64,000 nt of DNA from a virus (lineage: Duplodnaviria; Caudoviricetes). Made by a program: the position numbers and the translations under genes. Below the pieces are notes generated by a model that had not been told where the DNA came from, ran no database searches, and saw nothing but the letters and a program-made list of their open reading frames with translations. The stretch covers positions 128,001 through 192,000 of the IMG/VR virus record IMGVR_UViG_3300035208_003026; one strand, given 5' to 3'. Of the stretch, positions 1-9,910 are shown piece by piece; positions within the stretch are counted from its first letter, which is position 1; the number at the start of each line of letters is the position of its first letter.

Positions 1-20
1 AAGATTCTCAGTCATTATTT

Positions 21-3000
21 ATGTCTTTAGGATCTGAGTTGAATGCTATTGCTTCAAACTATGGAGCAACTCGTAAACAGGGTTCAAGAGCATCCGGCGT
101 AGCTCTTCTTACATTTAATGAAATTGAATCTGATATTCCTATCAACAAAGGTAGTGTTGTCGTTGCTTCTAACGGTGCATCTTTTACAGTTAATACATCT
201 CTAACTGTAGGTGTAGCTAATAAAAACACCTATAGAGCAACTGCTCAAAAGTATAGGGGTGCTTTAGATTTCGTAGGTATTGATGATCAATACGCTGTAG
301 AAGTATCTGTTAATGCAACTTCAACAGGTTCTGGTGGAAACATTTCCCGTTACAGTCTTACTTCAACAACTATTGCTGGAGTTTCTAGAGTAACAAATCC
401 GGCATCATTTGCTGGTGGTTCTCCAGCTGAAACAGACTCAGCATTTAAACGTAGAGTTTTAGGTATTTTCAGTGGAGCCAATACCGGTACTGAAACTGGA
501 TACCGTAATGTTGTTATGTCAGATCCTGATGTGGTTGATGCTATAGTTGTTGGACCTGGCGATCCTTTGATGACTCGTGATGGAACTCAAGTCTATGTAG
601 CTGAGGACAGAACTCGAACGATTACATCTGAGGGTACTGGTGGAAAAGTTGATATTTACGCCTATGGTTTTCGTCTTGCTGAAATTTTAGACTCTTTCAT
701 TTACTATGATAAGAGCAATAGAGATGATCCAACAGATATTGTAAATGACTATGTGCTTGGACAAATTGATGGTGATGAAAACAAGCTTGTAGTTACCAAG
801 AGAAAAGAGAATTTAGAAAACCAAGAATTGCCAAATCAGCCAGTTACAAATATTCTTGAGGTTTCTGGATCCTCTAGTGGTAGCCATTTCATTGAAAAGA
901 GCACAGATGACCTTGGTAGAGTTTCTGGCAATTATGAACTCGTATATGATGATGGAGTTTATGCTGGTTCACCTTGGGGCTTTGATCGCCTTCGTTGGGT
1001 AGATGATAGAGTTCGTGATCTTCCAGAAGATTTAACTAAAGGAAAATTTAACTCACAGGATTCAACCGGATTCTCTGATGTAACAAAGATTGGTGCAATT
1101 AAGCAAAATATTCAGGTTGTTAATGAGAACTCCAGGGTTAGCTCTTCTGATCGTTCTAGCATCTACCTATCTCATTATCCGGTTACTGCAGTAAGTCGTA
1201 TTTTTAACCAAACAACTGGTGAGCGATACATTATATCATCACAGAACCCAGATGGTGGTACTCAAAACACAACTGGTAGAATTACAATCACAGGATCCAC
1301 TCTTCCTGCTGTTAGTGATATTTTACAAGTAGATTACATTTGGTTGTTTGATTACGATCCTTATTGGGATTTTGATAATCGTGTCAATTCTGATAACATC
1401 CGAGATGTTGTTGATTCTATTGACTGGGGATATTCAAACGATGTTCGTCGTGAAGAAGTTATAGTTCAAGGAACTGGAACTCAACAACGTACTATTGAAG
1501 TTACTCATCCAGTTAATGCTGTAGTCTCTGTAAACACGTTTAAAGAAGATACAGATATAGAAGTTACTTTAGTTAGTAACAGAATAGCAATAGTTGCGTC
1601 TACACAGATTGTTAATGTTATATCTGTAGTAGATACAACATCTGGAGCTGAATACTACAATACAGGCCGAGATGATGGTTCTTTTAGTGGTGCTACAATT
1701 TATCTACCAACTGATACATCAGCTGAGGTTGGTGATATTGTAAACGTTAGATACAATGTTGAGGATAAGTTTACAACCAGTGGCGTAAGCGGATCTTTTA
1801 GTACTAACGTTATTACCCTTCCAGCCCAAACTAATATTGGTGATGGATACATTGTAGAAGTAAATTATTTGGCAGATATTCGTCAATTAGTTCCTGCTAC
1901 CACTTTGGCGAATTTCCCAATTTATCGAAATGCAAATGGTTTTCAGAATGCTGATTCCACACTTTTTGGTACACAGCCAACAACTCATATCTATTATCCG
2001 GTAATATCAATTGTTCCAGATCTAACCCCTCCAATCCAGAGAAACCTAAGGCGCGCACCTTCTCGTTTAAAAATGACGATTGCTGGTACAATATCTCCAG
2101 GTGTTTTGACAGTTTCTGGAACTTCTATCACTGGAATCTTTGATGGTGTATTTACTGCAACAGCTAATGGACAAGTTCATGATTTGTCATCATTAATTCG
2201 TAAGGCTCTTAAACTTACAAGTAATCAATCAATTCCAAATAATGTTGGAATAATATCATTAATTGCATTTGATAAGGTTCAAGCACAAGGTCAAGAAGTA
2301 ATTGCTGTAGAGCAACAATATGATGTATTTGGATATGAGATTTTAAATAACAATTTCTCAAAAGAAGAGGCTCTTGAAAATACATCACTTACAAGAACCC
2401 AGATAAAGATTCCAAAGACAATAACAAACGAAGATAATCTTCCAGTAATTGGAGAGAAGTTTAGAGTAACATTTTATGTCGGAACAACTGATGATTCTGA
2501 AAATGTATCATTCAGTAAAAGTGGTACTTTATATACTCAGAAAACATTTGCGTTTGTTGATATAGTTTCAATTTCAAGCGGTTTTACTTCAGGATCTTCT
2601 CAATCAGCAACTTTAACAATAGCTCCTCAAAATCAACCAACACAGGGTTCCAGATACACATCATATTATGATTATCTTGCTCCAAAGCAGAACGAGAGAA
2701 TCACGATTAGATATAATAAGAATCAAGTGATTAGTGATAATACATTTTCAATTGAAAGAACTAGACCAATCGGATCTGATGTTTTGGTAAAATCAGCAAT
2801 TCCAATTAGAATAAATATAACATTAGCTATAGTTGTAGAGAAGGGATATGAAACTTCTAGTTCTGTAGTTGCCCAAAATGTACAAGATGCAGTTACTCAA
2901 TCTCTTAATGCAGCTAAGCTTGGCACAACAATTGACGAATCAGATTCATTGATTATAGCTGGAGCAATTGCTGGCGTTGGTCGTGTACGTTCAACTCATT

Positions 3001-3101
3001 TCAACCGTGATGGTGAAGTTGGCCGTGTTCTCAGTATTGAGGCACAAAAAAATGAATACATCATTGCAAATGATGTCGTTGTTATAGTCGAAGAGCGATA
3101 A
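21..3101 (+). CDS. Baseplate J/gp6-like wedge protein (probably 5'-truncated by the window)
   Basis: Motifs typical of baseplate J (G..GNI....T..IAGV..VTNP..F.GG..AETD..F..R...GT..GY) and a J-like C-terminus (VQDAV...LN...LG...I.GV..V). The frame is open back to the window start. Confidence 0.75.
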   Translation: MSLGSELNAIASNYGATRKQGSRASGVALLTFNEIESDIPINKGSVVVASNGASFTVNTSLTVGVANKNTYRATAQKYRGALDFVGIDDQYAVEVSVNATSTGSGGNISRYSLTSTTIAGVSRVTNPASFAGGSPAETDSAFKRRVLGIFSGANTGTETGYRNVVMSDPDVVDAIVVGPGDPLMTRDGTQVYVAEDRTRTITSEGTGGKVDIYAYGFRLAEILDSFIYYDKSNRDDPTDIVNDYVLGQIDGDENKLVVTKRKENLENQELPNQPVTNILEVSGSSSGSHFIEKSTDDLGRVSGNYELVYDDGVYAGSPWGFDRLRWVDDRVRDLPEDLTKGKFNSQDSTGFSDVTKIGAIKQNIQVVNENSRVSSSDRSSIYLSHYPVTAVSRIFNQTTGERYIISSQNPDGGTQNTTGRITITGSTLPAVSDILQVDYIWLFDYDPYWDFDNRVNSDNIRDVVDSIDWGYSNDVRREEVIVQGTGTQQRTIEVTHPVNAVVSVNTFKEDTDIEVTLVSNRIAIVASTQIVNVISVVDTTSGAEYYNTGRDDGSFSGATIYLPTDTSAEVGDIVNVRYNVEDKFTTSGVSGSFSTNVITLPAQTNIGDGYIVEVNYLADIRQLVPATTLANFPIYRNANGFQNADSTLFGTQPTTHIYYPVISIVPDLTPPIQRNLRRAPSRLKMTIAGTISPGVLTVSGTSITGIFDGVFTATANGQVHDLSSLIRKALKLTSNQSIPNNVGIISLIAFDKVQAQGQEVIAVEQQYDVFGYEILNNNFSKEEALENTSLTRTQIKIPKTITNEDNLPVIGEKFRVTFYVGTTDDSENVSFSKSGTLYTQKTFAFVDIVSISSGFTSGSSQSATLTIAPQNQPTQGSRYTSYYDYLAPKQNERITIRYNKNQVISDNTFSIERTRPIGSDVLVKSAIPIRINITLAIVVEKGYETSSSVVAQNVQDAVTQSLNAAKLGTTIDESDSLIIAGAIAGVGRVRSTHFNRDGEVGRVLSIEAQKNEYIIANDVVVIVEER

Positions 3102-6100
3102 TGGCAAACCTTAGAATCCTAAATATAAATGCATCAGATTCCAGGACAATCAAGGTAAGATTTTCAGCTCCGTTGGCTGAAGATATTGGTAAGTCCAATA
3201 TTTTAATTGAATCCGAGATTAATAATGTTCCGGATGTCGAGGTATTAAATGTTTTTATTAGAGATGAAATTCTTGAAATTGAAACACTACCACACACACC
3301 ATTTGCAAGATACAAAGTAACATTCAGATCCACAAATGCTGTAAAGTTCCGCAGCTATGATGAGCATCAATTTTTAATTGAAGATGATCGTTCAAATGTT
3401 GTTAAAGTTCTCGGAGCTGAAAATGATTACAACCCAACTAGAGATTTGTTTGTAAGTTATCTAGGTGGCCCAAACTCTGTTTACAATTTGTCTCGTGAAA
3501 CAGTTATCAGAACCATTCTAAATCAGGTTTCTGATATGCTTAACAAGGCTAAGGCAGATGTTCGTCAGGCTAAAACTGCAAACTATCTTGAAGTTGAAAT
3601 AAAGGATGAACGTAAAACTCGTCGATATGGTCCTTGGGATCGTCTTCTTCAAGAAGGTGCGTTTGAAGTTACTCGGGTTGGCTTAACACCTACGAACGAA
3701 ACACTTGATGGAGTTATTCCATTTGATTACTTTCCAAAAGAGCCAATTACTCTTCAAAGAGAAGTTGTAACAGATGAGGTTCTTGTTCTTGGATATGGAT
3801 CTGGTACTTACAATGATATTACTCTAACACTTAAAAAAAAGCCTGTGACCAAAGTTACAAGTATTCAAATTAAGTATGAGAATGGTAATGTTTGGACATA
3901 CAACATTGAATCATTAGGATATAGGATCAATGATCCTAAGTATGATCCATATGGTCGTCGTTTAGTTACTCTAAGCAATAATCAGATTAAATTAAACGAG
4001 GATATTAAAGAGGATTCAAGTTTTGTATTGCCTGGTGGTACTGATACTATAATTGTATCATATGAATACAAATCACTTGGTAGAGTTATTGCAACTAATA
4101 GTGTAGAGGTTATTGAAGTTGTGCAGCAAATTCGTGAACCAGCTCCTGCTCTAACAACGATGTTCACTGTAAAAAATGCACCAATAGTTACCTCAACTGA
4201 TGGTACTCCAAGTTCCGGTGGTATTATATTTTACGATCCTTATTCAGTAACACCATTTCGTAATACTCCATCAGCATTCGTTAACGAGATTCCATTCAGA
4301 GAGGGTGGCCTTCCAAGTCGTCCTGGTGACTATTCAGTAGATTATGAAACTGGACGTGTTTTTGTTTATGGAGCAGTAGATAATGATGGTACGGGATATT
4401 TACCACCAACCATGACCTACTATTACAGAAAGACATATGTTCTAAACCTTGACTACACTTATGTTCCAGAATTTAGAGACCTTGTAGCGTCTCCATTGCG
4501 AGAACTTATTGGAAAGACTGCAAAGATTAACTACAAGTATGAACAAACCCTTGTACCTGATATTGATTACAAAGCAAATGTCCATGTGGAAACTCGTGAT
4601 GAAAGAATACTTAACAGACTAGCATCAATTGATTCAATATACACAGAGAACTCTCCAATCACAGATGTTTTCAAAATCTTTAACGAGACTACTGGTGAGA
4701 TTTATACTGTTAGAAGGTTTAATGAACATAGGATTTGGTTTGATTACAGAACTGCACCAAACATCAGTGAACCAAAAAGAGAGCGATGTTCATTCACTGC
4801 TGTGCTAAATGAACCTCTCATTCTTGAGAGTGAATTTATCAATATTAGTGGTATTCGTGTTTTGAAGTTTCAGCTTCAAAATGAAAACATAATAGCCGGC
4901 ACTGAGGATGTAATAGGATCAAGCTTCAATTCTAGCGTTTCATTTAGTCAAACGGATATTTTTGACAAAGAGTTATATTATGATGCTCAGGAATTAAGTG
5001 AAACAACAAATACCAACAGATTGCTTGTTGGACAATATCAAATAAACTATCGTAATGGTATTGTTTATGTTGGTGTTATACCTACTCAGACTTTGAATGT
5101 TGGTACGGTATCTTACAGGAAACCGGTCATAAATCCTGAACATTCTCATATTATTGCTGTATCTAAGGTTTATTCATCTATAAATGCAAACTTTGGTACT
5201 AACAAAGAGATCAACTATGAATCGTTTGACGAGGGAGAGATTGTACCAGTACCAACTCTACTTGATTTCTCTGATGAAAGATTCATTGCAGAAGATGTTA
5301 CAGATCCATTTATTTATAACAATGGAACAATAACCGTAAACGATGATATCAAGATTGTTCGTGGTATTTACGATGCATTTGATTTAAACAATAATATAGA
5401 CCCAACAAACTTTGCAGAAACAGCTACCTGGGATGCTAATATTATCACTCTGGATGATACTGGTATTTTCAAAAATGTTCGAACTGTAGTTGGTACTGGA
5501 CTTATTGTTACAGTACCGTTCATATCTCCTGGTATTGAGCTAAAAACCGTACAAAGCGTTGTTAGAGTTTCAGATAGACAACAATTACTTGATGGATATC
5601 AGACAGTTTCTGGTAATGTGATAACAATATCTCCAACTTCAGGAGCTAATGTTGGTGATATTATAGATGTTGTCTATACGGTTGTACTTAATGGTTCTTC
5701 AACTCCTATAATTGACTATAATAGAGGTGATTTATTTATAGATTACACATGTCTTGTTGATGAGATTATTATTTCGTACGAGTGGGGTGATAACGTAATT
5801 GACTTCAGAGAAAGTAATGTACTTGATGAGAATGACAATTATTACGTTACATATCTAATCGGTGCTCTTAGAACATCGCTGTTGGAAAATTTTGGTTCTT
5901 TGGTAAGAGTTCCAGAGCTTCAGGTCTTTGATGATGAATTAGATCGTGAAACATATCGTGATTTGATTCAAGGAGCTTTACAGACATTTACACAAGGACC
6001 AACAATTCCAGCTATAAAACAGCTGATTGCTCAGGTAACTCAAATAGATCCAAGGATTCGAGAGGTTACTTGGTGGTCTCTTGGCGTAAGCTATCTTGAA

Positions 6101-9100
6101 AAACTTGATTGTACAGTACTAGGCTCTCCATATCTCACATCAGGATGCTACGATCAGGGTATAGCTATTAAAGAAAGAGGCGATGGTGTTACTCTTCCAA
6201 TCTCAAACAACTTAAGATTGGAGGAAGGAACACTAGAAATGTGTGTCATTCCTGAGTGGAATGGTATTGACAATGATGCAACGTTATCTTTCTACTTAGA
6301 AAAAGATGGTTATGCTCTTGAATCTGATCAGATTTACATTGGTACAACGTCTTTCCATCCAGAAATTGATAAATATGGTCGCTTTACAGTTAATCGAACT
6401 GATAGTAAGGGCCCAGAAGGTGTTCCGGCTCTAATCTTTACAAAGACTGGCGCGTTTATCTATTACGATCCTGATAATAAACAATGGAAAATTCTAGCAA
6501 AGGAGGTTCCAGGCGTTAGTGGATCTGTTTACAAGGGCAATATTAGGACTACCGGTGATTTTTATGATGTGAAATTCATCCCATCTCTTGGAGAAATCTC
6601 AGATGTACTAAGATCAGATCTTGAAAATATCGATTTTGAGTTCTATCTCGATGGATATGATAGCTCTTCGCCAGATGGATACTCTCCTGGCGATGGTTAC
6701 AGCATTGTTCCTGGATATTCTTTTGATGGTATTCAGTTCATGAGTGATGATCGTCACTATTTCTTTGACTTTGGGCTTAATGAAAACGAGAATAGATTTT
6801 CTATCTACAAAGATGGTCGTGGATATCTTGTATTTGAAGTCTGGGATATGGGTGGTTTAGGTAAATTTAACCCAGAGAGACGTTCTGTTTATCAAGTTTC
6901 CGCAGATATTCAAAACTGGCAGGCTGGTAGAAAGCATCATATTGCAACGTCATGGGTTTTAAACTCAACTGACAACCGCGATGAGATGCATTTGTACATT
7001 GATGGATTCGAAACACCGAATCTAGCTCGTTATGGTAACGTTCCAGCAATAGCTAGCACAGAAAGATTCAGAACTATAGTACCTGAAGAGGTTGTTGGAA
7101 CTATTACAAGTAAATCGATAGCTGGAAATGACCTCATAACAAATCAAGGGTCTGCAACTGTACGTTCCGAAACTATAAATTTCCAGGCCCAGGGTATTGT
7201 TATTGGCAATACTATCGAAATTCTTGAACAGAACTTCGTAACATACACCATTGTTGATGTTTTTGCTAATGAATTGACGCTTTCTTCTGTAATGCCAGCC
7301 ACTTTGGAAGATGCAAGGTTCTCCGTGAATCCTGTAGAGTTTGTTGTAGGTACAGAGATTGATGTTTACACAAACATTGGTGTATTTACAAAATCTGGAA
7401 GCGTTGAAACTGAGATTCCAGGTGTTAGAGCTGACATCCCGAGCTATTCTATTGAGAGAAACGCTCTAAATCAGAGAATTTTGAAAGTTCTTGGTAATCT
7501 GGATATTGGTGATACTGTTTTGATCAAGACTTTCGGTCTAAACCACAGACGTTGTAAGACGAATGTATTCCTTTGGAGCGAAAATTCGATTCTCAAGACC
7601 AATCTGCCGCCTCCAATCAACCTCGATGACGTTATTGTTCGTACAATTGCTCTTCCATTGATAGCAATTGGTCCAGATAACTCAACTTTGATAGGTGGAA
7701 CGTTTGTTGCGAATATAGATGGGTATACTCAGCCTTCAAATTCTGTTGAAGGAAGATATTTTGATATCAGAGTTACTGGAGATAACGTAGATTGGAGTAC
7801 TCCAGTCGAAGTTACACTAAACGGAGACTCTACTGGTGGTCCAACAGAAACAATTTTGTTCATTTCACCCGGAAAGAAAACAACAACATACAAATGGCGT
7901 ACTTTCAGCTCTATAGTTGTACAAGCAACACCACTTTCAATCGCTTATAATTCTACATCAGTTGAAATAAAAGATACATATTCAATTACAGAACCTGCGG
8001 GAAACAATTTGTACCCAGTTATCAGATATTCTTATAGAACATCTTCTGGTGGTTCTCTGCAAAGTGATGACGGTGGTACAATTGTAAGCAATTCTCTCGG
8101 ATATTTCCCTGCATCAGAAGTTGGTAACTTATTATCAATCACTTCTCCCGTTGGAGCAGCTGGATTGTATGAAATTGTTGAAAAAATTAACGATACAACT
8201 GTCAGATTAAATAGTGCTGTCGGAATTCCGTTCACAAACGGTTTTTATGAGTCATTCAAAGTAAATATTGGACGATCTGGCTTTGCAAATGGGTTTTTAT
8301 TTTTTGAAAGAGCTGGTTTTACGAATGAACCGTTCATTTTACCAGCCGGATACTATGAACTTGACTATGCAACTTATCTTAAGGTTCCATTTAAACCATT
8401 AACATCTGAAACCGGCATTATCGGCAACGACTTAACTCTTCAGAACCCTGCTAAGGCTGTAATTGACGAATTCCGTATTCTAAATCGTCAACTTACAGAT
8501 ACTCGTATCGGAGAGACGCTTGGAACCAACGAAGAATCGATTACAACTGGCGCTACCAAATTTGCACCATATGTTACGAACCAAGATACACTAGCATTAT
8601 TACATTTCGAGGAATTGCCACCTAAAAATGATTCATCCTTCTACAAATTCGCTAAAAAGGAGTACGTACAATCAGGTCAAGGTCCAAACTCTCGTTTTGG
8701 ACACTCAATTGTTATTCGTGACAAAGGTGTGGCTTTTGATAACCAGGGAAATCTGGATACATCGGGAGAAGGTTTAATTGAGTTCTGGATTAGTCCTCGT
8801 TTTGATACTTACAACGATCCTAACGTTCGTGTTTACTTCGATGCGGCTTCAAACGTCGTTGAAGAGGTAACTTCAATTACAAAAGGACGTGTAAACCTTT
8901 CTGGACGTGCAAGTAAGATAGTTTACGTTCGTCTAGCTGATGATACAAAACTTCAGGGAACCGAATACTTCAACGGTGGTAGTATTGATACCGATGGAAA
9001 AACAATTATCCTGAAGACTTTACTTCCGTTCCAAAATACGCCGGTTCATGTATCATACATACCATCTGGTGTAAATGGAGATCGCATAACTATAGCCAAG

Positions 9101-9784
9101 GATAAAGAGGGATACCTCAATCTGACGGTCAATGCTAGCGGTAAGGAATATCAGACCAGGCAGCAGATTTTCTGGCCAAGAGATACTTGGCACAGGGTTC
9201 GTGCATCCTTTAAATTCAATAGAAAGGATAACAAAGACGAACTCAGATTGTTCATTGATGGTGAAGAAAAGGGTGCTCTACTCTTTGGACAGGGAGATGC
9301 TCTATTTGGAACTGGTTTAATCTGGGGTCAATCTGCTCTGGGTGGAGAAATGAGTCAGAGCTATATTGCTGATATAAACTTTAAAGATACTGTTCAACAG
9401 TTTTCATTAGGTCAAGACTATGCTGGAAACTTTGGTGCTGAAGCAAGATTCGATAATCTAAAGCTATCTAACAAAGCCTATAATCCTCTAATGGTAGCTG
9501 GTCAGCCAGTAGATGTTTATTGGAGTACAAACAAGGAATACCTATACCCATCCATTGAGGATGCATATACAACACTACTATGGGATTTCGATCAAAACAT
9601 TGGAAAGACTGAGGATTTTGCAGTGATTAGAGATCCAGCTTATGGCATTTTCAACTTTGACATTGATATCATTGACTCTTTTGATATAGTTACAGGTGAT
9701 GAACGTGTCCGTATTGTGTTAGAAGCTTTAATAAATGCCTTAAAACCAGCCACCTCTAAAGTTGGAATCTACTACGTGAAGTGA
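3101..9784 (+). CDS. Giant baseplate/tail structural protein with a gpI/wedge-like segment and LamG (concanavalin-like) modules
   Basis: Directly follows baseplate J (TAATG overlap). GPTIPAIKQLIAQVT is a P2 gpI-like motif; EGTLEMCVIPEW, EGLIEFWISP, HHIATSW..MHLYIDG and WHRVRASF..LFIDG are LamG-like strands. It ends in ALKPATSKV, typical of wedge proteins. Confidence 0.6.
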   Translation: MANLRILNINASDSRTIKVRFSAPLAEDIGKSNILIESEINNVPDVEVLNVFIRDEILEIETLPHTPFARYKVTFRSTNAVKFRSYDEHQFLIEDDRSNVVKVLGAENDYNPTRDLFVSYLGGPNSVYNLSRETVIRTILNQVSDMLNKAKADVRQAKTANYLEVEIKDERKTRRYGPWDRLLQEGAFEVTRVGLTPTNETLDGVIPFDYFPKEPITLQREVVTDEVLVLGYGSGTYNDITLTLKKKPVTKVTSIQIKYENGNVWTYNIESLGYRINDPKYDPYGRRLVTLSNNQIKLNEDIKEDSSFVLPGGTDTIIVSYEYKSLGRVIATNSVEVIEVVQQIREPAPALTTMFTVKNAPIVTSTDGTPSSGGIIFYDPYSVTPFRNTPSAFVNEIPFREGGLPSRPGDYSVDYETGRVFVYGAVDNDGTGYLPPTMTYYYRKTYVLNLDYTYVPEFRDLVASPLRELIGKTAKINYKYEQTLVPDIDYKANVHVETRDERILNRLASIDSIYTENSPITDVFKIFNETTGEIYTVRRFNEHRIWFDYRTAPNISEPKRERCSFTAVLNEPLILESEFINISGIRVLKFQLQNENIIAGTEDVIGSSFNSSVSFSQTDIFDKELYYDAQELSETTNTNRLLVGQYQINYRNGIVYVGVIPTQTLNVGTVSYRKPVINPEHSHIIAVSKVYSSINANFGTNKEINYESFDEGEIVPVPTLLDFSDERFIAEDVTDPFIYNNGTITVNDDIKIVRGIYDAFDLNNNIDPTNFAETATWDANIITLDDTGIFKNVRTVVGTGLIVTVPFISPGIELKTVQSVVRVSDRQQLLDGYQTVSGNVITISPTSGANVGDIIDVVYTVVLNGSSTPIIDYNRGDLFIDYTCLVDEIIISYEWGDNVIDFRESNVLDENDNYYVTYLIGALRTSLLENFGSLVRVPELQVFDDELDRETYRDLIQGALQTFTQGPTIPAIKQLIAQVTQIDPRIREVTWWSLGVSYLEKLDCTVLGSPYLTSGCYDQGIAIKERGDGVTLPISNNLRLEEGTLEMCVIPEWNGIDNDATLSFYLEKDGYALESDQIYIGTTSFHPEIDKYGRFTVNRTDSKGPEGVPALIFTKTGAFIYYDPDNKQWKILAKEVPGVSGSVYKGNIRTTGDFYDVKFIPSLGEISDVLRSDLENIDFEFYLDGYDSSSPDGYSPGDGYSIVPGYSFDGIQFMSDDRHYFFDFGLNENENRFSIYKDGRGYLVFEVWDMGGLGKFNPERRSVYQVSADIQNWQAGRKHHIATSWVLNSTDNRDEMHLYIDGFETPNLARYGNVPAIASTERFRTIVPEEVVGTITSKSIAGNDLITNQGSATVRSETINFQAQGIVIGNTIEILEQNFVTYTIVDVFANELTLSSVMPATLEDARFSVNPVEFVVGTEIDVYTNIGVFTKSGSVETEIPGVRADIPSYSIERNALNQRILKVLGNLDIGDTVLIKTFGLNHRRCKTNVFLWSENSILKTNLPPPINLDDVIVRTIALPLIAIGPDNSTLIGGTFVANIDGYTQPSNSVEGRYFDIRVTGDNVDWSTPVEVTLNGDSTGGPTETILFISPGKKTTTYKWRTFSSIVVQATPLSIAYNSTSVEIKDTYSITEPAGNNLYPVIRYSYRTSSGGSLQSDDGGTIVSNSLGYFPASEVGNLLSITSPVGAAGLYEIVEKINDTTVRLNSAVGIPFTNGFYESFKVNIGRSGFANGFLFFERAGFTNEPFILPAGYYELDYATYLKVPFKPLTSETGIIGNDLTLQNPAKAVIDEFRILNRQLTDTRIGETLGTNEESITTGATKFAPYVTNQDTLALLHFEELPPKNDSSFYKFAKKEYVQSGQGPNSRFGHSIVIRDKGVAFDNQGNLDTSGEGLIEFWISPRFDTYNDPNVRVYFDAASNVVEEVTSITKGRVNLSGRASKIVYVRLADDTKLQGTEYFNGGSIDTDGKTIILKTLLPFQNTPVHVSYIPSGVNGDRITIAKDKEGYLNLTVNASGKEYQTRQQIFWPRDTWHRVRASFKFNRKDNKDELRLFIDGEEKGALLFGQGDALFGTGLIWGQSALGGEMSQSYIADINFKDTVQQFSLGQDYAGNFGAEARFDNLKLSNKAYNPLMVAGQPVDVYWSTNKEYLYPSIEDAYTTLLWDFDQNIGKTEDFAVIRDPAYGIFNFDIDIIDSFDIVTGDERVRIVLEALINALKPATSKVGIYYVK

Positions 9785-9788
9785 AACT

Positions 9789-9875
9789 ATGACTAAACCA
9801 AAAGATGTTAATTTTATATTCCAAAAACATCTAACACAAACTATAGCTGATTTTTTAGGCATTAGTCAGTTATAG
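9789..9875 (+). pseudogene. 28-aa micro-ORF / helix-turn-helix relic
   Basis: Translates MTKPKDVNFIFQKHLTQTIADFLGISQL*; TQTIADFLGISQ resembles an HTH motif. It overlaps an imperfect inverted repeat (9841-9875). Confidence 0.3.
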
Positions 9876-9910
9876 ATAAATAGAATCATTAATGATAATA
9901 GGAGAATGCT

